Position numbers and translations under genes: made by a program
Notes under the pieces: generated by a model
What the model saw: only the letters and a program-made list of their open reading frames with translations
The model's database searches: none
Told to the model about the DNA's origin: nothing
In this document: one piece after another, positions 25,329-33,863 of the stretch
How the letters are laid out: the number at the start of each line of letters is the position of its first letter
Numbering within the stretch: the stretch's first letter is position 1
Virus record (IMG/VR): IMGVR_UViG_3300017978_000114
Span: 1-34,645 of that record
Length of the DNA: 34,645 nucleotides
Reading direction: 5' to 3' (one strand)
Origin: a virus
Taxonomy: Duplodnaviria > Caudoviricetes

Positions 25329-25958
25329 TTATTGACCGGGGCCAAGCACTGCACCCATATCTTCCAACGCAGATAGCCCAGCAGCTTGGCTTGCATCGTG
25401 AGCCGCCTTTGCTGCGGCACGTTCTTTGTTTAACTGATCTAGTGCCATCGAAGTGCGAGTTGCATTGAGATAGCTAGTCCCGATGTCAACAATCATGCCC
25501 TTGAACTGGCCCTCTGCATTCTCAGCCATAGCACCAATGTATTCGCTCATGGCCGCAGAGTAACGATCCACTGCTCCATCATACTTAACTGAAAGCTCAG
25601 TAGCCTTAAGCTTAATCTCATCCTCAAGCGCCGCTTGAAAGCGAGTCTGGATCACACGCTGATAGGCTTCCTGTGCAATAACGCCCATGCCTCTTGGCGC
25701 TTCGTAAGCTTTCGGCGCACCAGTGGCAGGATCAATTGCCATAATCATTTCAGGTGCAGCAGAAGCCCCAGCCTCAAGACCCTTTTTCTCAGCAACCTGA
25801 GCGCCGCGACGAAAGAACATATCCGCCATCTGATCGGCAGAACGAGCAACGCTCTCAGCAATTGTCCCTGCGGCATTGGTGCCGGGGACAGGAGAAGACA
25901 GTCGAGCAACGCCAATCGGCCCGATACCAAACCGCTTTTCTTCTCGGATCACTGGCAT
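25329..25958 (-). CDS. Internal virion protein (possibly N-terminal part of a split gp15-like gene)
   Basis: 209-aa helical ORF; synteny. Confidence 0.7.
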   Translation of the reverse strand: MPVIREEKRFGIGPIGVARLSSPVPGTNAAGTIAESVARSADQMADMFFRRGAQVAEKKGLEAGASAAPEMIMAIDPATGAPKAYEAPRGMGVIAQEAYQRVIQTRFQAALEDEIKLKATELSVKYDGAVDRYSAAMSEYIGAMAENAEGQFKGMIVDIGTSYLNATRTSMALDQLNKERAAAKAAHDASQAAGLSALEDMGAVLGPGQ

Positions 25959-26483
25959 TTATCCACCCGTGCGAATGAGGTTGTATTGATGAAGGCCACC
26001 AGCAACAGTCGTGAATGCGCCAATCATCGAAGAGATAGCCTGCGCTTTGCCCTCTGCGCGAATGGCAGCAGCGCGTTGAGCGCCGCCAGCCTTAGCTGAC
26101 AAAGCCTCAGCCTGCATCTTCTGCGAAGTAATTTGAGCCATGAAGTCAGACCGCTTGGTGTCGCCAGCAGCTACTTCTTTCTGGCGCTCAAGGAACCGAG
26201 CCACGCTTCTGTCCTGTCCCCCAATGTCACGCCCAGCGGCAGCGAATGACGCAATGTTGGAGGACAGGTTTTCACGGTAAAGCTCAAGGCGATCATTGTG
26301 GCGCTGAGCAGCTTCGGCCATTGCAAGCTTTCGCTCAGTCTCAATGTTGAATGCCTCAAGGCGACCAGAGAAGTCAGCCTGCCATGCGTTAAACTTAGCA
26401 GTCCGAGCAGCGCCAATCCCGCCAGCGACTTGAGCGCCGGAGGATATGGCGGTGGACACCAAGAACATAGTGATCGGGTCCAT
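25959..26483 (-). CDS. Internal virion protein (T7 gp14-like)
   Basis: MDPITM start, Ala/Gly-rich ends; follows tail tube B. Confidence 0.75.
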   Translation of the reverse strand: MDPITMFLVSTAISSGAQVAGGIGAARTAKFNAWQADFSGRLEAFNIETERKLAMAEAAQRHNDRLELYRENLSSNIASFAAAGRDIGGQDRSVARFLERQKEVAAGDTKRSDFMAQITSQKMQAEALSAKAGGAQRAAAIRAEGKAQAISSMIGAFTTVAGGLHQYNLIRTGG

Positions 26484-28717
26484 TAGACAATCAACTCCGC
26501 AATGAGGCCGTTCACTTGGATCGGCAGAGGATACGGTTGAGTAATTGTAATCTGTGGGTCACGTCCATAGCCATTCAGTCGGAACTCTTTCTTTCCCGTG
26601 AAAGGCTCAGTCGTTACCAAAGGACGCCCGTTGACAGTGGCAGAGCGAGTGTCCTTAAGGTCAACGATTGCAGCAGAGATGCCGCGCACATCGCCAGTCA
26701 TAGGACCATCGCGTGTCACCGCGTCAATCGGATTGGTCTTGATCTCAATGGTAAACGGGATGCCAACGTAGAAGGTTGAGTATCCAGTAAACGACGAGAC
26801 GCTAACCGATCCGCTAGCCACAACTTGAGTGCCAAGGTAATCAAGCCGACCAGTGCTGGTAGCTGCACCCACAATGTGAACAGTGCTGCCATTCTCAAAG
26901 AGATTGGTCATGCTGATCGTTGGCCCAGCGCCAGAGGTGTAGCTGTCCAACCCAACATTGCCGATAAACTCGCAGAGCTTTAGGTATCCACCGCACCAGA
27001 CAGTAGCAAAGAGCCGATCATCAACTGCGGCCACGGTCCCAAACTCTCCAGATGCTGACTCCCACTTAGTCCAGCCAGCCCGCTTCTCAGCGCGGTTAGA
27101 GCCAAAGACAGAGAGATAGCCAGACTTGTTGACCATCGCCACATAGGACTCAGCTTCCTCAAAAGCACCATGAACCACATCCATGTCGATGGGGTCATTC
27201 AGTAGGTGTGATGCAATGGTAGAGACAGATGTCGCAGTGTAGGCATCTTCTGTGTCAGTGTAGAGATACTCGCGCACTACGTTGCCGCCAGTCTGAACAA
27301 ACATTGTTGCGCCATCCATCGGGACAGGCGTCACAAAAATTGTGCCATAAGGCGTCTGCTTCCTGATCTGAGCATTGGTCGGAGTGATAACCTGATTCAA
27401 GAAGGCAGGAACATAAAGCTCTGAGGCGTCCGTAAAGATTTGCAGGTCGCGGCTAGAGATCATGTAGCGAATTTCATTCACGTCACCAGTTGCGGCAACA
27501 AGATTGAAGGCATCATCGTCTGCGGCATCGCCAAAGTCGAAGTCAAAGAACTCGCCAATTTTGCTGAACCAAAGCGTATCTGGTTCTTGGATGGTGCCAC
27601 CAAAGACAAGACGGTTGTCATGGAACACCACCGCAGCAGGATAGCCACGCGCCGCTGAGAAAGACTGCTCATCCCACTGGTCGGTAGGTGCATGAGTTAC
27701 AATCTTGACCAAGCCACCGCCATCTTCGGCTGCGTTAGCAGAAGCACCAGCCGTAAAGGTGTAGGTGTTGTTGTCAATTACAGCAAGAACGGTTCGAGAG
27801 CCGTTGATCTGAGCAGCATTGATGCCGCCAACGGCAGACGCACCCTCAATCGTAATAGCTTCACCACCAGCAAAGCCATGATTGATGTGAGTGACTTCAA
27901 CAACCGCGCTGCCATCAGTCGTGCGAAGCGGATTTAGAATCTCCAATCGGATGCGAAGAGTTCCAATGATGTCACCAGTAACCTGCGTTGCAGACTGGAC
28001 GCTGGTGATTTCAATTTCAGTTTCTCCGTAGCGAAGCACAACCCCAACATGCTTGGAGCTTAGATAGTTGCCACCCGTTACTGATCCAGTTGTATCAAAG
28101 TATGCCTCACTTGCGGTGAAGGTGATGCCAGTGCCAGTTGATGCACTAGGATCAAGCGTTACACCGTGACGATGAAATACACTGTAAGGCTGGTAGGTCT
28201 GAGAGTCATCTGCCCGCATGTCAAACGTGTAGGGCGTAATCTCAAAGCTAGTTAGGCTGGTGCGAATCAACATCCGAGGCATGAACAGCGGATGGCAGAT
28301 GAACATTACATCGCCATACTGAGCATGGGTGTATTGATGCAGGTAATCATCATCGAAGGGCAACGGATCGGTGTTAGTATCTGCGGTTAGCGTCGATACC
28401 AAGGTCAACGAACCATTGGTAACACGGAAGCAGCGCACCTTCTCATGCTCAAGTGAGATCAGATACTTCTCATCGTCCGAGAAAACAAACGGCACAATGT
28501 AAGACTGGAACACCTTGCTGGTGTCCTTGGTAATATCATTGAACCGATAGTGGTTCTTGAGGCCCGGGCGCTTAATCAAGCTACCCTCAGCCATCACAAC
28601 CATGTTCTTCAAGCTCTGAGCCGAGGCGTTATAGACAGGGCTATCGGTCCGCATCATTGCAGAACGACTCACCTCACCATACTGAAAGCTATTGATGGGG
28701 ACGCGAATCTTCTGCAT
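26483..28717 (-). CDS. Tail tubular protein B / nozzle (T7 gp12-like)
   Basis: NSFQYGEVS, KRPG, GYPAAVVFHDNRLVFGG, LWFSKIG. Confidence 0.9.
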   Translation of the reverse strand: MQKIRVPINSFQYGEVSRSAMMRTDSPVYNASAQSLKNMVVMAEGSLIKRPGLKNHYRFNDITKDTSKVFQSYIVPFVFSDDEKYLISLEHEKVRCFRVTNGSLTLVSTLTADTNTDPLPFDDDYLHQYTHAQYGDVMFICHPLFMPRMLIRTSLTSFEITPYTFDMRADDSQTYQPYSVFHRHGVTLDPSASTGTGITFTASEAYFDTTGSVTGGNYLSSKHVGVVLRYGETEIEITSVQSATQVTGDIIGTLRIRLEILNPLRTTDGSAVVEVTHINHGFAGGEAITIEGASAVGGINAAQINGSRTVLAVIDNNTYTFTAGASANAAEDGGGLVKIVTHAPTDQWDEQSFSAARGYPAAVVFHDNRLVFGGTIQEPDTLWFSKIGEFFDFDFGDAADDDAFNLVAATGDVNEIRYMISSRDLQIFTDASELYVPAFLNQVITPTNAQIRKQTPYGTIFVTPVPMDGATMFVQTGGNVVREYLYTDTEDAYTATSVSTIASHLLNDPIDMDVVHGAFEEAESYVAMVNKSGYLSVFGSNRAEKRAGWTKWESASGEFGTVAAVDDRLFATVWCGGYLKLCEFIGNVGLDSYTSGAGPTISMTNLFENGSTVHIVGAATSTGRLDYLGTQVVASGSVSVSSFTGYSTFYVGIPFTIEIKTNPIDAVTRDGPMTGDVRGISAAIVDLKDTRSATVNGRPLVTTEPFTGKKEFRLNGYGRDPQITITQPYPLPIQVNGLIAELIV

Positions 28718-29295
28718 CAGCTACGCCTTTGAGCAATGAACCTCGAAGTGTTGAGCTTGCGCGTGGTCTGCTGTTGAGAGTCAAGACGACGAGCTTGCAT
28801 CATGTAGATATTAGCCTTCTGCTCCATAAGCGAGGCAAGCTGAGCATCCCGCGCAACAGATACAGCCAGTATTGCTGCCATCGAAAACTCCACAGCAATG
28901 GTGAAGTAGGCAGGCCAGTTGGCTTCAACGGCGCGGAAAACATAGTCAGCAATGACAGTATCAGCAGCCACTGCATTGCAGTAAGCCTTGTCACCGTAGA
29001 TGTCATACTCAATCGGCAGATCATTCACAGTGATTGCGTTCAGCATAATCATACCAGACGGAAGCTGGTAAGCCGCATCGAAGCGGCCAGTTGGTGCAGT
29101 TGCAAGCCGAGTCAGGGTTGCCTGATTCGTGGCAAAGCGCCAACGAGTATTGGTCAGAGAGGCCCGCGCAAGGTCTTCATACATTGCATCGCAGACATCA
29201 GCTTCAACCGTTCCATCCTCGAATGAAGCAATGGCAGAGCCACCCATTAGGATGGAGGCGCGGGAGCATACTTTGATTGCGGTGTTTGCGGGCAT
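28717..29295 (-). CDS. Tail tubular protein A / adaptor (T7 gp11-like)
   Basis: WRFAT, AYQLP motifs; synteny. Confidence 0.88.
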   Translation of the reverse strand: MPANTAIKVCSRASILMGGSAIASFEDGTVEADVCDAMYEDLARASLTNTRWRFATNQATLTRLATAPTGRFDAAYQLPSGMIMLNAITVNDLPIEYDIYGDKAYCNAVAADTVIADYVFRAVEANWPAYFTIAVEFSMAAILAVSVARDAQLASLMEQKANIYMMQARRLDSQQQTTRKLNTSRFIAQRRS

Positions 29296-29303
29296 ATGGG
29301 GTT

Positions 29304-29323
29304 AGGGGGGCCGAAGCCCCCCT
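29304..29323 (-). promoter_or_regulatory. cUUCGg tetraloop hairpin between SD and start codon of tail tube A
   Basis: AAGGAG-AGGGGGGC-TTCG-GCCCCCCT-AACCCCAT-ATG on the minus strand. Confidence 0.7.
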
Positions 29324-29331
29324 CTCCTTTC

Positions 29332-29601
29332 TTAGTCAGAGTCGGTGTTCGTGATAGCAACACCGTTCACCACATCAACGACACCGCCGCTGTTTGCGTT
29401 GACATAGGTGTGGCTCACAACCGGGGTGCCACCAGTTTCGGTAACGGCCATGATAACATCGTTGATGTTGAGCATGTTCGATGCCGAGTTAAAGTAACCA
29501 GCGGTGTTGACATCAGCAAGCGTGTCAGCCGTGGAGTAGTGCCACAGCGAAACGCCCGATGCACCAGCAAGGCGGTTCAGGCTAGAAGCAGTAAAAGCCA
29601 T
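29332..29601 (-). CDS. Small virion protein, putative capsid decoration
   Basis: GGAG RBS; strongly biased codons; follows the capsid gene. Confidence 0.75.
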   Translation of the reverse strand: MAFTASSLNRLAGASGVSLWHYSTADTLADVNTAGYFNSASNMLNINDVIMAVTETGGTPVVSHTYVNANSGGVVDVVNGVAITNTDSD

Positions 29602-29612
29602 GTCTGTTCTCC

Positions 29613-30425
29613 TTAGCCGTTGTTGTCGAGCAGTTCGTAGATGCCGTTGCTATCGATAACGATAGCGCCCATCGACATCATCGAAGTTGCAAGGTGCGAG
29701 ACTTTCTCAGGCACATAGTTAATTTCCGTCTGCACATCGGCGTTGATGCCGAGGCCGACCGACGAGGTGTGGTAGGCAAGGTTCTTGCCAGCCGTAACCG
29801 CCGAGGTCGAGAAAATCTTGAAGCCCAAGAATTCCTTCATGGTCATGCCGCCAGCAAACGGCAGGTTCTGCGGGCCAACATAATCCGAGGAAGCAAACTC
29901 GGTGATGTTGAAGAGGTCCGCGAAGCCCTTCGGGTGCATAGCGATATAACGCTGGCCATCTTCCGGGATGTCGGCAGTGCCGAACAGCTCGAACAGCGAC
30001 AGCATGTCAGCCTTGTCAACCGCAGCGCCAGTCGAGTTGACTTGGGTTGCGTTTGCGCCAGCGTCCATAGCGGTAATCAACAGCTCGTCGGTCTTGCGAC
30101 CCAGAGCAGCAGCAGCCGACTGAGCAACAGCCTGACGCTCGTTGATGTTGATCTTCAGCTCGTCCAGCTTGTCGATGTATTCGGCGGCGTAGTAGTCCGC
30201 CATCGTTGCTTCGACGTAGGTGTGAGCCAGTTCCATCGGAGTGACCATACCATTGCGGGATTTGGTCGAGGCAGAGCCAGCGCCGATTTTCTGGAAGCGA
30301 GCAGACGAACCCGTCACGTTGGTCGTGCGAACAGTGTTCCGCAGTTTGGAACCCATGCGCTGATACGCCATGTGAACTTCGGTCTCGAACTGCTTGATGA
30401 AGGCTTGGTCGATAGTGTTTGCCAT
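29613..30425 (-). CDS. Major capsid protein
   Basis: MANTIDQAFIKQF...GSSARFQKIG...ALGRKTDELLI; strong codon bias; synteny. Confidence 0.92.
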   Translation of the reverse strand: MANTIDQAFIKQFETEVHMAYQRMGSKLRNTVRTTNVTGSSARFQKIGAGSASTKSRNGMVTPMELAHTYVEATMADYYAAEYIDKLDELKININERQAVAQSAAAALGRKTDELLITAMDAGANATQVNSTGAAVDKADMLSLFELFGTADIPEDGQRYIAMHPKGFADLFNITEFASSDYVGPQNLPFAGGMTMKEFLGFKIFSTSAVTAGKNLAYHTSSVGLGINADVQTEINYVPEKVSHLATSMMSMGAIVIDSNGIYELLDNNG

Positions 30426-30502
30426 TTTCAAGGTCCATGTTGAAGTTGCGGTCGGACGGGTATCCGCCTTCTCACTTCAACGAGGGTATCCTTGCGGGCC
30501 TC

Positions 30503-31012
30503 TCAGTGCAGCACGGGCCGTGATGTCACAGTCTCACCAGATTTTACCTGTGGGCTGCAACGCACAAAACGGATGACCACTTGTCCATTTGTATTTTGAA
30601 TAGCACGTTCTGGCAAAAAGCCAAGAGAAACTAACCACTGATGGATCATCTCGTTCTCTGTCCAAACGTCACAGGTTAGGCGAGGATGCAGCAGGTTGTA
30701 GAAGGCCATTAACTTAATCGAAGCTCTGGCAAAACTAATCCAGTGTTTCCGCATGTCTTTGCTAAACATGGCCCACATGAAGCCGTGATCTGCATCAATG
30801 CCAGTCACAGCTAGTGGCTGACCATCCTTCTCGACGGCATAGACCAGAGGGTTGTGAACGATAGCCTCAAGGGATTCTAGCGGCGACCGTTGATACAGGG
30901 TCTCAAACTCTCTTAGGTTTTCTGCACTAAGGTTGGCTACGAAGGGTAGGATGTGGCGCTGCTCTAACGCCACAAGCCGTAGGCCACGCTCTTCAAGGAA
31001 CGGCTTAGCCAT
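30503..31012 (-). CDS. T7 gp13-like / GNAT-fold protein
   Basis: VWTENEMIHQWLVSLGF motif. Confidence 0.65.
   Translation of the reverse strand: MAKPFLEERGLRLVALEQRHILPFVANLSAENLREFETLYQRSPLESLEAIVHNPLVYAVEKDGQPLAVTGIDADHGFMWAMFSKDMRKHWISFARASIKLMAFYNLLHPRLTCDVWTENEMIHQWLVSLGFLPERAIQNTNGQVVIRFVRCSPQVKSGETVTSRPVLH
30557..30568 (-). promoter_or_regulatory. Putative late promoter motif TTTGTGCGTTGC upstream of the capsid gene
   Basis: 11/12 match, embedded in the 3' end of the upstream gene. Confidence 0.65.
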
Positions 31013-31748
31013 AGATTTTCTTGAACCCTGCATCAACCTTCTTCACGAAGTCAGCATCACGATGAGTGGGATTCCAGTAACGCTCGTCCTTCATCATCTC
31101 ACGCAGGTCTGCCGCAGAGATACCGCTTGCTGGATTGGCAGTCTGAGTGAAGCTGCCATCCTTCATTGCGTCCATCATTACCTCAAGAGCAATGATGCCT
31201 TCCGCGCTTTCGCACAGACGCTCAATGGCTGGCATGGTTTCTTGAGGGAAGAACTTCATGGCAAAGGCAGAGGCAGCTTCGATGCGCTGGTTTGAGTTAT
31301 CGCCAAGCTTCTTTGCCTCGACCGCAAGATCAGGCGGGGCAGGCATCGACTTCATGTAAATCTCAATGCCCTTGGCAAACTCATCCTGCGAGTAGCCATT
31401 CTCAAAGGCATGATCTGCCCACCAAGAGAGAAGCTCGTTGTTCACGGCTTCTTCTTCGACCACAAAGTCAGGAAGCTGATACTCGCCAGCAGATGCAGGG
31501 CGATCCTTGTATGCCTCAGCTACAAGCTCTTCCTGCAACTTCTTGCGAAGGTCTTCCTCCTTGGTGCCAAGCTTGGTCTCAAGCTCTTTGTAGGCTTTAG
31601 CCAAGTCCTCGGGAGACTTGTATTTCTCAGGGAGCCACTCAGGACGATCACCTTGCGGTGCAACTTGAGTTACCGAGTCAGTGATCTGGCTATTCTGCGG
31701 TGCAGCAGTGGTATCCTGCGGTGCAGCGCTCAAGAGGGATTCGCTCAT
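31005..31748 (-). CDS. Capsid scaffolding protein
   Basis: RPEWLPEKYKSPEDLAKAYKELETKLG; DERYW; acidic. Confidence 0.9.
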   Translation of the reverse strand: MSESLLSAAPQDTTAAPQNSQITDSVTQVAPQGDRPEWLPEKYKSPEDLAKAYKELETKLGTKEEDLRKKLQEELVAEAYKDRPASAGEYQLPDFVVEEEAVNNELLSWWADHAFENGYSQDEFAKGIEIYMKSMPAPPDLAVEAKKLGDNSNQRIEAASAFAMKFFPQETMPAIERLCESAEGIIALEVMMDAMKDGSFTQTANPASGISAADLREMMKDERYWNPTHRDADFVKKVDAGFKKIYG

Positions 31749-32008
31749 TGTTTGCTCCTATGTGCGTGGGCAATGCGGCGCTCAAGAAGGCCGACGAGAT
31801 AACGCTGTCCCTCCAAGTGCCTCAATTCTTCTGTGCTGATGCTGGGTCCACTGACCATTTCAATGGTCATAGAACGAAGATAGCGGAGAACTTCCTTTCC
31901 CGTAGGGGATGAGAAGACCTCCGCTATGTTCTGACTGATCTGTTTGTCCTGCTCGACTGATCGAGTCATGCCGTCTATGCCGATATTAACCTTGGGCTGG
32001 TTGACCAA
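31745..32008 (-). CDS. Conserved small protein between portal and scaffold
   Basis: FSSPTGKEVLRYL...LEGQR. Confidence 0.8.
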   Translation of the reverse strand: MVNQPKVNIGIDGMTRSVEQDKQISQNIAEVFSSPTGKEVLRYLRSMTIEMVSGPSISTEELRHLEGQRYLVGLLERRIAHAHRSKQ

Positions 32009-33524
32009 GTTGCGCTCCCGACTGTTGCTGCGCTAGCTGCTGCGCTATTGCAGCTATCTGCTTACGCTGCTCTTCGTCGCGGATCAAGCTTTCTGGCACA
32101 CCAAACTTCTTTGCCAGATAAATTGCGCTTGCTTCCGAGTCGATGAGCATCTGCAACATCTCAGGACCGAAGGTGCCACCGACCAATTGTAGGTAACGAG
32201 CGACATTCGAGATGTCCTGATTGGCCTGAGCTTGAGCCAGCGGAGACACAGAACGAACCTTGACCTCGCGGCCATTGATCGTCGGCACTTCAATCCGGCC
32301 CTGCTTCTTCAGGATATAGATCACGCGCTGAAGAACGGGCTGAACCAACTCGGCTTGCAGTCGGCCAAAGGCAGAACCGATGCGCCGCGAAAGGTCGGCC
32401 ATGCGCTCAGCCACTTCGGTAGCCGTAGCAGGCGTCTTGTCTGGGTTACCCAGCATATCGTTGTAAAGCGCCCGCTTAATGTTCAAGCGCATGTCACTTA
32501 GAATAAGCTGAGCTACGTCAAACCGACCAGCCGCATTGATAGGCTGCAAGCCTTGGCTTCCCATAGCTTTTGGAATGATCGTGCCGGGAACCAAGCGGAT
32601 CGTATCAGGGTTAATCACCCCATCGTCTTCCATCTGGTAGATACCGCTGATCGACATCTGAGCGTTCTCAAGGATCAACTCAATTGTCAGGTTCGTGGTC
32701 TTGATGGCCGATAGCGCATTAAGAAGCGGGCCGCGACCGTAAACCTCGCCAGCGCATTTCGACCAACGAAAGCAAACAAAGGGGTTCGAGCCAACGCCTT
32801 TCATCTGCTTCTTGTGAAGGACTGTCTCTGTCTCCATGCAGATTGCATAGTGATAGTAGCCCTCTTCGTTGCGAAGCTCGTAGTCGCGGCAAACCACCTC
32901 AAGCACAGTGGTCGTGTCGTCGCCCTTCATGCGGGACGTAACCTTCTGGTCAAACGTCCCCTTGGGATAAAGAATGCCAAGATCAGCAAAGCGGACCTTC
33001 TTGCGCTCACGGAAGATGTGGTCGATGCGATCATCCGGCCCAGTGTCCAAGACCACATGCGGCAATGGAACCGCAGCGAAGACAACCGGGTTGATTGAGT
33101 CGCCCTCTTCAACAGCCAAGATGCCAGTGCCAACGGCCAAATCCATGAACGACTCATGGACTTCTTGGTTGAAGTTGGAGCTTTGAAGAATCTCAAAGAC
33201 GTATTCAGTTACGTCATCAAGCTCTTTGTCCACGCCATCGCGCTGTTCCTTGGGAACCTCTGAGCCTGCAACGAGATCAGCCCACCGCGCAAAGTTAGGC
33301 ACAAGGCCACTTTGCAAACGGCTGGCAAACTCTTGCACACCGACCACGGCAGTCTCGTCAAAGATTTTATCATCTCGACGCTGACCAGCTTCCTCGTAGT
33401 AAAACGACTCGCGCTGAGGAAGCGCATACTCGTAGCACTCCTCAAACAACGGAACCCAGTTCTCCCGAAAAGCCTTGGCCTTCCGGTAGCGTTCCAGATA
33501 CTTTTTGGCCAAGGGGTCTTTCAT
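31986..33524 (-). CDS. Portal (head-tail connector, T7 gp8-like)
   Basis: RW...GEVYGRGP, TATEV, FGRLQAE, SPLAQAQ. Confidence 0.95.
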   Translation of the reverse strand: MKDPLAKKYLERYRKAKAFRENWVPLFEECYEYALPQRESFYYEEAGQRRDDKIFDETAVVGVQEFASRLQSGLVPNFARWADLVAGSEVPKEQRDGVDKELDDVTEYVFEILQSSNFNQEVHESFMDLAVGTGILAVEEGDSINPVVFAAVPLPHVVLDTGPDDRIDHIFRERKKVRFADLGILYPKGTFDQKVTSRMKGDDTTTVLEVVCRDYELRNEEGYYHYAICMETETVLHKKQMKGVGSNPFVCFRWSKCAGEVYGRGPLLNALSAIKTTNLTIELILENAQMSISGIYQMEDDGVINPDTIRLVPGTIIPKAMGSQGLQPINAAGRFDVAQLILSDMRLNIKRALYNDMLGNPDKTPATATEVAERMADLSRRIGSAFGRLQAELVQPVLQRVIYILKKQGRIEVPTINGREVKVRSVSPLAQAQANQDISNVARYLQLVGGTFGPEMLQMLIDSEASAIYLAKKFGVPESLIRDEEQRKQIAAIAQQLAQQQSGAQLGQPAQG

Positions 33525-33782
33525 TTACTGGAACCTTCCCAAGAAGCCAGCACCGCCAGATGTGAACAGGGAGCGACGACCAGCGCCACCGCTCATGCCG
33601 CGACGAGTTGTGCGCGAGGAGATTGCAGCTTCGATGTCGCCTTGCTTAGCTTCTGCCCGACGCTCGGCCTCTTCACGCTGAGCGGCATCTGCTGCTTCTT
33701 GCTGCTTGGCGGCAGCTTCTTGTTGGGTCTTCTGAGATTCAGCCGCAGCGGCCTTCTCTGCTGAACTTGGTCCAAAGCACAT
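33525..33782 (-). CDS. Small virion protein with MCFG N-terminus (T7 gp6.7/7.3 position)
   Basis: AGGAGG RBS; immediately upstream of portal. Confidence 0.75.
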   Translation of the reverse strand: MCFGPSSAEKAAAAESQKTQQEAAAKQQEAADAAQREEAERRAEAKQGDIEAAISSRTTRRGMSGGAGRRSLFTSGGAGFLGRFQ

Positions 33783-33829
33783 GGTTGCCTCCTATGTTTC
33801 CCTTGGAAAAGCACAGATGCGCCATCGCA

Positions 33830-33841
33830 TCAATGCACAAA
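33830..33841 (-). promoter_or_regulatory. Putative late promoter motif TTTGTGCATTGA upstream of the portal unit
   Basis: 11/12 match, intergenic. Confidence 0.65.
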
Positions 33842-33861
33842 ACAGCGAAGCGGCTTCGCTG
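33839..33861 (-). terminator. Intrinsic terminator after terL
   Basis: CAGCGAAG-N3-CTTCGCTG followed by TTTT on the minus strand. Confidence 0.65.
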
Positions 33862-33863
33862 GA

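Noticed and set aside
29694-30443. 249-aa + strand ORF
   Set aside because: Antisense shadow caused by the strong codon bias of the capsid gene
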